Positions 27,050 to 33,020 of a stretch of 33,020 bases of DNA are shown in pieces; the stretch's first letter is position 1, and every line of letters begins with the position of its first letter. Location: the IMG/VR virus record IMGVR_UViG_3300011337_000463, positions 1 to 33,020 of that record. One strand, written 5' to 3'. A program made the position numbers and the translations under genes. This stretch comes from a virus (taxonomy: Duplodnaviria; Caudoviricetes). The notes under the pieces are model-generated. The model saw only the letters and a list, made by a program, of their open reading frames with translations, searched no databases and was not told where the DNA came from.

Positions 27050-27961
27050 ATGGCAACAACAACAACAGTTACATCTAATTACGCTGGTAAGGAAGCGGGA
27101 AGCATCATAGGTCAAGCTTTTAAAGAAGCGGATACTATTTCAAAAGGATTTGTTACAGTTTACCCAAACGTAAACTATAATCTAAATTTAAGAAAAATTC
27201 AATTAACAGGAGGTAAAAGAGAATATACTTGTGGATTTTTACCAGCAGGTGCAATCACTTTAAGCGAAAAAATACTTGCTCCTAAAAAATTTAAAGATGA
27301 CTTTAGTGTTTGTAAAGAAACATTTAGAGCACAATGGTCAGAAGATACAATGGGTGCATCTGCTCACAACGATAATGCTCCTAAAGATATTATGGATGCT
27401 ATTTTAGTTGAAAAATTAGGACAAACAGCTGAAGAATTAGACAGCAATATTTGGAATGGTAATGCTACAAATGCTGATGAGTTCGATGGTTTCTTAAAAT
27501 TATTCCTTGCTGATGCAGAAGTAATCGATGTTGATTTACCAGCTGCAACAACAGAAGCAAACGTAGAAGCAAACATCAAACTTGCTTTAGCTGCTGTTCC
27601 AGTTGCTTTAAGACGTAATAATTTAAAAGTAGGAGTTTCTTCTGACATTTACCAAGCATATACTTTCTTATTAATATCTAAAGGTATTTCTAACGGATTA
27701 GGTGGAGATGCTAATACGGCTATTAAAATGGGTAAATACCTTTTAGAAGAAGTAAACGGTTTGCCTACAAACACAATCGTAATTGCTGACCCTAAAAACT
27801 TAATCTTTGGAACAGGATTATTAGCTGACCATAATGAAGTTGTAATGGCTGATGAAGATGAAATCGGTTTATTGACTGGATTAGTAAGAGGTACAATGGT
27901 TTACAACGCTGGAGTAAATTACTACAACGGTGCTGAAATCGTTTGGGCAAGAGAAATATAA
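27050..27961 (+). CDS. Major capsid protein
   Basis: 303 aa; IWNG...FDGF pattern; position after protease; followed by a terminator. Confidence 0.8.
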   Translation: MATTTTVTSNYAGKEAGSIIGQAFKEADTISKGFVTVYPNVNYNLNLRKIQLTGGKREYTCGFLPAGAITLSEKILAPKKFKDDFSVCKETFRAQWSEDTMGASAHNDNAPKDIMDAILVEKLGQTAEELDSNIWNGNATNADEFDGFLKLFLADAEVIDVDLPAATTEANVEANIKLALAAVPVALRRNNLKVGVSSDIYQAYTFLLISKGISNGLGGDANTAIKMGKYLLEEVNGLPTNTIVIADPKNLIFGTGLLADHNEVVMADEDEIGLLTGLVRGTMVYNAGVNYYNGAEIVWAREI

Positions 27962-27973
27962 TAATAAGTAATT

Positions 27974-28001
27974 AGGGCAGATTAGTTTCTGCCCTTATTT
28001 T
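27974..28001 (+). terminator. Intrinsic terminator
   Basis: AGGGCAGA-N6-TCTGCCCT followed by TATTTT. Confidence 0.7.
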
Positions 28002-28015
28002 AAAAATAATAAAAT

Positions 28016-28558
28016 ATGGCAGTATGTGATTTTATAGTAAGCGGTCGCTTACTCGAATGTAAAAACTACGCAGGTGGTTTAGTAAATGCTTTCCTTGCTC
28101 CTTTTACAGATATCGCACCAACAGTAGTGGATTCTGAAATGACTGGATTAGGAACGCTTGATGAAGTATTTAAATTTGAATTAAAAAATTCAGGTAATAC
28201 AGTTATAGAAACAGAAACAGCTTCAAGAGATAACGGAACAACTTTTTATGATACAGCTTTAAATATTATGTTAACGGGGTTAACTGCTCCTTTACTTAAT
28301 CAAGCTAAATTATTATCAAGAAATAGAATGTTAGTATTTTTAGAAGATAATAACGGGAAGTTTCATTGTTTTGGTTTAAAAAATGGGGTTGATAAAACAA
28401 CAGGAACAAGAGAATTAGGTGGTGCTTTAGGAGATTTTTACGGATTGAAATTAACACTTCAAGCATTAGAGCCAGATGTTGCTCCAATATTGTCAAGTGG
28501 TGCTGTAACTTCTTTGCTTGCAATAGTATCAGCGGATTTTATTAATGAAGGTGCATAG
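28016..28558 (+). CDS. Major tail tube protein
   Basis: 180 aa; SRDNGTTFY and EDNNG motifs; own terminator. Confidence 0.65.
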   Translation: MAVCDFIVSGRLLECKNYAGGLVNAFLAPFTDIAPTVVDSEMTGLGTLDEVFKFELKNSGNTVIETETASRDNGTTFYDTALNIMLTGLTAPLLNQAKLLSRNRMLVFLEDNNGKFHCFGLKNGVDKTTGTRELGGALGDFYGLKLTLQALEPDVAPILSSGAVTSLLAIVSADFINEGA

Positions 28559-28587
28559 TTTTTAGTTTAATAAATAGATTGGTTATT

Positions 28588-28618
28588 AAAGCGGATTTTT
28601 ATAGTCCGCTTTTTTTTT
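28588..28618 (+). terminator. Intrinsic terminator
   Basis: AAAGCGGAT...GTCCGCT followed by a long T run. Confidence 0.88.
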
Positions 28619-28621
28619 AAA

Positions 28622-28650
28622 TCAAAAATGATTTTTTACGTTATTATAGT
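28622..28650 (+). promoter_or_regulatory. Late promoter motif 3
   Basis: TCAA-N11-TACGTTATTA-N4-ATG directly after a terminator. Confidence 0.75.
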
Positions 28651-28947
28651 ATGATAATATTTAAACCTGAAAATCAAACTCAAACAATAACTGTTATACC
28701 AAGATATGACGTTGAATTGGTAGATATTAATCTACGCAATGAGTCAAAAGCAACATCAGAATTGTTTGAAGAAATATCTACATCATATGCAAACGGATAT
28801 ATGACTTTATCAATTGATAAAAATGTATTAGAAGCTGAAAGTTACGAATTACAAATAACATCTTCAGAAACGCAAGATGTATTATTTAGAGGTAAAGCAT
28901 TTGCAACTGATGTTGTAGATTTACAAAATTATAAAATAACAGTATAA
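28651..28947 (+). CDS. Small structural/hypothetical protein
   Basis: 98-aa beta-rich ORF coupled to the portal gene. Confidence 0.7.
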   Translation: MIIFKPENQTQTITVIPRYDVELVDINLRNESKATSELFEEISTSYANGYMTLSIDKNVLEAESYELQITSSETQDVLFRGKAFATDVVDLQNYKITV

Positions 28948-30632
28948 TGGGGGAAGTAAAAGCAATAAGTTTAGCATCGCATAAAACAGCAGTTTTTGAA
29001 GAAGTTAAACAAAGTGGAAAAAAATATATTTTAAACGGACAAAATAATAGCGGTTACGATTACGTTATTAACCGTTATAAATATTCTCCAACAAATTCAG
29101 CTATTTTAGATAGTTACGCATCATTTACTTATGGGCGTGGATTAACTGCTAATTACGATGTTTCTTTAGCACCACAAATGGCGGTTGTTCAAAGTCTATT
29201 TAAAAAAGATACGGTTAGAAAATTAGTAAAAGATTTTGTTTTATTTCACGAATGTAGCTTTGAGATAATTTTAGGCAAAACAGGAAATGAAATTGCAGAA
29301 ATAAACCACTTGCCAAAAAATAAAGTAGTACCAAGTGAGGTTAACGAAAAAGGAGAAATAGAGTCTTATTGGTACTCTTATGATTGGAGTAATTTAAGAA
29401 AATATCCAGCGGAAGAAATACCAGTATTTACACCTGACACTAAAATTAAAAAGACTGTTTTTGTTGTTAAAGAATATTCAATCGATAGTTTTTATTTTGC
29501 AAGACCATCTTATTATTCAGGATTAAATTATGCTGAATTAGAAGAACAAATTTCAATCTATTGTATCAATCATATTAAAAATGGTTTAAGTGCAGGACAT
29601 ATAATAAATGTAAACGAGGGCATAACAGATGAGGAAGTTAAAAGCGAAATAGAAAAAAATATTATTCGTAAATGGACCGGAAGCGAAAATGCAAATAAAT
29701 TTATTTTATCTTTTAATTCAAACAAAGATAACGCCACAACTTTAGAAAGCGTTTCTGTATCTGATGCACACCAACAATATCAATTTTTAACAGAAGAAGC
29801 ACGTAGACAATTATTAGTAGCACATAAAGTAGTTAGTAGTTCAATAATTGGTATACAACAATCTACTGGTTTTAGTTCTAATTCAGAAGAAATTGAAACA
29901 GCTTTTAATGAAACGTTATTAAACGTAATTAAGCCAATGCAAGACTGTTTAACAGATGGCTTTGAATATGTATTATCAAAAAATAAAATTAGCTTACAAT
30001 TGTTCTTTGAAAGTTTACGCCCTAAAGTTGAAAAGACAGTAGAAGTTGTAAAAATGAGTGCTGAAAAAAAAAGTAATCTTGATAATGAAGTAGCTGATGC
30101 ACTTATTAAATTAGGGGAAGATATAGATTTAGAAAAATGGGATTTAGTAAGCGAAGCACCTGTTTGTTATGAAGATGATGATAAATTTCATTCATTTGCA
30201 ACAACAGGAACTGCTTTTCCTAATGCAAAAAGCGAAAACGATAGCAAAGATTATAAAGTAAGATATAAATACAACGGTCAAATAAGTGATAATAGTCGTG
30301 AATTTTGTCGTAAAATGATAAATGCTTCTAAAATATATCGAAAAGAGGACATTCAGAACATGAATAGTTTAGTTGTTAATGAGGGTTGGGGCGAATATGG
30401 AACAGAACCTTATTCTATTTGGAAATTTAAAGGCGGTGGTGCTTGTAGACATAATTTTTTACGACAAATTTATGTTTCAAAAGGTTTTAAAGTAGATGTA
30501 AATAGCCCTTTAGCTGAATTAATTAATATAAATGATGCCCGTAGAGATGGATTTAACAAAGATTTAAACGATAATGAAGCGTTTGTAGTACCAAATACGC
30601 TTCCAGATAACGGATTTTTACACAGAAAATAG
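28947..30632 (+). CDS. Portal protein with C-terminal MuF-like (head morphogenesis) extension
   Basis: SPTNSAI, NGLSAG, WTGSENA, LLVAHKV portal-like motifs; then SREFC...GGACRH. Confidence 0.72.
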   Translation: MGEVKAISLASHKTAVFEEVKQSGKKYILNGQNNSGYDYVINRYKYSPTNSAILDSYASFTYGRGLTANYDVSLAPQMAVVQSLFKKDTVRKLVKDFVLFHECSFEIILGKTGNEIAEINHLPKNKVVPSEVNEKGEIESYWYSYDWSNLRKYPAEEIPVFTPDTKIKKTVFVVKEYSIDSFYFARPSYYSGLNYAELEEQISIYCINHIKNGLSAGHIINVNEGITDEEVKSEIEKNIIRKWTGSENANKFILSFNSNKDNATTLESVSVSDAHQQYQFLTEEARRQLLVAHKVVSSSIIGIQQSTGFSSNSEEIETAFNETLLNVIKPMQDCLTDGFEYVLSKNKISLQLFFESLRPKVEKTVEVVKMSAEKKSNLDNEVADALIKLGEDIDLEKWDLVSEAPVCYEDDDKFHSFATTGTAFPNAKSENDSKDYKVRYKYNGQISDNSREFCRKMINASKIYRKEDIQNMNSLVVNEGWGEYGTEPYSIWKFKGGGACRHNFLRQIYVSKGFKVDVNSPLAELININDARRDGFNKDLNDNEAFVVPNTLPDNGFLHRK

Positions 30633-30633
30633 A

Positions 30634-31158
30634 ATGATACTACTAATAACACCACAGCAAGTAATTGAAAAAACTCCTTTAAACGGCAATATTGACTATG
30701 ATAAAATAGTTCCTTGTATTGAAGATGCACAAGTAACAGATTTAGAGCCGTTAATTGGACAGATTTTATATGATAAAATATTGACAGACTTTGAAAATGA
30801 AGATTTGACAGGTAATTATGAAACGCTTTTTAATGATTTTATAATTGATTATCTAATTCGTGCAAGTGCTAAAAATTTATTGTTTACTTTAGCATATCAA
30901 ATATCAAATGGTGGCGTTTATAAACATACAGCAGAAAATGCAGAAAGCGTATCTAAATCAGAAGTAGATTATTTAATGGTGCAACAAAGAACTAAACAAG
31001 AAGTTTATGGTTCACGTATGCAAAAATGGTTAATAAAAAATAGTATTCCTGAATATTTACAATTTAGCGATATTGTATCAAGAAAAAAACAAAATGTAGG
31101 AAGTTGGTATTTTGGAAACGGAAATGATTGTTGTACTAAAGCCGATGAATATTTATGA
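30634..31158 (+). CDS. Putative head-tail adaptor
   Basis: 174-aa helical protein after the portal; AQxxDLEPLIG...LY pattern. Confidence 0.55.
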   Translation: MILLITPQQVIEKTPLNGNIDYDKIVPCIEDAQVTDLEPLIGQILYDKILTDFENEDLTGNYETLFNDFIIDYLIRASAKNLLFTLAYQISNGGVYKHTAENAESVSKSEVDYLMVQQRTKQEVYGSRMQKWLIKNSIPEYLQFSDIVSRKKQNVGSWYFGNGNDCCTKADEYL

Positions 31159-31268
31159 AAGAAAAAAAACCAAATATAGCAAGGTTAAGAAACGAAGAAA
31201 AATTAAAACAATTTCTTTTCAAAAGAGAGTTAACAAAAGAAAAAAAAGATGGCAAAGCAAATAATTAA
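31155..31268 (+). CDS. Hypothetical 37-aa basic peptide (not in ORF track)
   Basis: MKEKKPNIARLRNEEKLKQFL...; ATGA overlap. Confidence 0.5.
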   Translation: MKEKKPNIARLRNEEKLKQFLFKRELTKEKKDGKANN

Positions 31269-33020
31269 TATTGGTACATCAGCAAATGATGGTACAGGTG
31301 ATAAAATAAGGAATGCTTTTGCTAAAGTTAATTCTAATTTTACGGAGTTATATGATGGTGCTGGTTCTCAAACTTTAAACCAAGTTTTAATAGAAGGCAA
31401 CACAACAGGTGGCGAAGATATATCTATTTCAAATGGCGATAAAATATTATTAGACAACGGAGCAAACTTAAAAAAAGGAACAACAGATGCTGGACTTGGT
31501 GGCTCAAAAGGAATAGCTTTAAGATGTGCAGTTGATTATGAATTAAAGTGGGAAGCTGGTCGTTTATATGTTATGGGTGGCGATGGCTTTACAATTCGTG
31601 AAGTATCACACAACTTTACAACTACACCAACAGTAACAGACGATGATACTAAAGGATTTGTAGTTGATTCTCGATGGATTTTAGACAATGGAGATTTATA
31701 CGTTTGTACAAATGCTACAACAGGTGCTGCGGTTTGGGTGTTACAAGTTGAGGGCGAAACCCTCGCTACTTTAGGTGCTTTAATTTCAACTGCGGGAGAT
31801 GCAACACCAAACGATTCAGACTATGTTGCAACTTCATTAACTGCTGGTGGACTTCTTAAAAAAATAACTTGGACTAATGTAAAGGCGTTTCTTAAAACTT
31901 ATTACGATACGATTTACCAAGTGATATTAACGGAAAGTGTATTTGGTACATTCTTAAATAGTTTAACTTCTAAAAATACCTTAATTGATGCTGATTTAGT
32001 TTCAAGTGTTGACACTGCTGATAGTAACAAAGCTAAAAAAACAACTTGGTTAAATGTTTGGACTAATTATATTAAGCCAAAAGTAGATAGTGCTATATTA
32101 TCAGCTAGTAATTGGACATTAACAGGGAATGATATATGGAACTCCAATTCAGGTAATGTAGGTATTGGAACGGGCGTTGCTGCAAGAACTAAATTTGAAA
32201 TTAAAGCATCCACAGGTGTTTTTTTTCAATTTTTAAACACTTCAACAAGAGCTTTTCTTCAATGTTTAAATGATACGACTAACTCAATTCCTTTAGATAT
32301 AAATGCCGAAGAAATATTATTAAAAGCACAAGCACAAGATGCTCTTAAATTATCAGTTACATCTGCTAATTTTTATAAATTACCAATAGTTGAAATACCT
32401 AATTCAACAGAGGCATTTCTTTTAGAATTAAATAACACATCAGCAACAGCGAATCAAAAAAGCACTATTACCATTAAAGGAGCAGGATATACTACGGCAT
32501 TAATTAAATCAAGATTGTACGGTTTAGCGGCTGGAGGTACTTTTGAAGTGTTTACAAGAAATACATCAGGGGTTGTTGATGAAGTAATGATTATAGATGC
32601 TGATGGACAATTAAAAATAACAAAAACACCAACAACAGGCACTACATCTGATAAGTTATTAGTAAGAGATACTAGCGGAAATGTTAAACAAATAGATTAT
32701 CCAGCAACAATGACTAATGTAGCTGGAGGATTAGTTCCAACGCCTCCAAATAACACAACTACATTTTTACGTGGAGATGGTACATTTGCAGCACCTGCTG
32801 GTGGCGGAGGTTCATCACAAGTAAAACTTTCTTCTCAAACATTAACAGCAGGTTCGTGGACACTTGTTGGAAGTTATTATGAATATACTTTTTCTAATGC
32901 TAATATAGTATCAACAGGATTTGTAACTTTTACACCTAATAACGCAAGTATTAACGAGGTTTCAACGTGTAGAATGTTACCACAAATAGATGCAGCAACA
33001 GGCACTTGTAAGTTTTATTC
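31249..33020 (+). CDS. Tail fibre / receptor-binding protein, truncated by the window end (not in ORF track)
   Basis: Open for about 590 codons; N-terminus MAKQIINIGTSANDGTGDKIRNAFAKVNSNFTELY (T4 gp9/gp10-like), plus GNVGIGT and FLRGDGTF fibre motifs. Confidence 0.85.
   Translation, partial: MAKQIINIGTSANDGTGDKIRNAFAKVNSNFTELYDGAGSQTLNQVLIEGNTTGGEDISISNGDKILLDNGANLKKGTTDAGLGGSKGIALRCAVDYELKWEAGRLYVMGGDGFTIREVSHNFTTTPTVTDDDTKGFVVDSRWILDNGDLYVCTNATTGAAVWVLQVEGETLATLGALISTAGDATPNDSDYVATSLTAGGLLKKITWTNVKAFLKTYYDTIYQVILTESVFGTFLNSLTSKNTLIDADLVSSVDTADSNKAKKTTWLNVWTNYIKPKVDSAILSASNWTLTGNDIWNSNSGNVGIGTGVAARTKFEIKASTGVFFQFLNTSTRAFLQCLNDTTNSIPLDINAEEILLKAQAQDALKLSVTSANFYKLPIVEIPNSTEAFLLELNNTSATANQKSTITIKGAGYTTALIKSRLYGLAAGGTFEVFTRNTSGVVDEVMIIDADGQLKITKTPTTGTTSDKLLVRDTSGNVKQIDYPATMTNVAGGLVPTPPNNTTTFLRGDGTFAAPAGGGGSSQVKLSSQTLTAGSWTLVGSYYEYTFSNANIVSTGFVTFTPNNASINEVSTCRMLPQIDAATGTCKFY

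Larger units (their letters stand above)
1..33020. mobile_element. Bacteriophage (siphovirus-like) genome segment, probable Flavobacteriia/Bacteroidota host
   Basis: Terminase, capsid, portal, tape measure, tail and replication genes throughout; no host housekeeping genes; Bacteroidota-type promoters. Confidence 0.95.

Noticed and set aside
18596-32642. ORFs at 18596 (+) and 21775, 23405, 24032, 24757, 25501, 26123, 26401, 27364, 28305, 30470, 32454 (-)
   Set aside because: Nested in or antisense to structural genes; no motifs or expression signals
31249-33020. Diversity-generating retroelement target
   Set aside because: No reverse transcriptase or template/variable repeat pair seen in the window

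Overview
AT-rich tailed-phage (siphovirus-like) sequence, most likely infecting Bacteroidota/Flavobacteriia, judged from TAnnTTTG promoters, A-rich non-Shine-Dalgarno starts and Bacteroidota-style tail-fibre motifs. Layout: a + strand tail-end block (metallophosphoesterase, spanin-like protein, 90-2307); a - strand early/replication block (2381-14637) with three DNA methyltransferases, a primase-helicase with an adjacent iteron origin, VRR-NUC, SSB/exonuclease/annealase; and a + strand late block (14763-end) with an ECF-like sigma factor, terminase, tail genes, tape measure, protease/scaffold, capsid, tail tube, portal, adaptor and a tail fibre running off the end. No integrase, repressor or endolysin was recognised. 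The most striking signal is at 3660-5447: an integrase-less, integron-like array in which two methyltransferase genes sit in units with self-complementary GTT...AAC ends, separated by attC-like hairpins of identical geometry. One methyltransferase is additionally inserted exactly start-to-stop into the loop of a 20-bp hairpin with a 10-bp duplication. Other signals: a kissing-loop leader before the primase, three leaderless late promoters, a -1 frameshift site, a degenerate tRNA-like fold, two Fur-like boxes and apparent GATC avoidance. All calls come from motif recognition by eye; no database searches were run.
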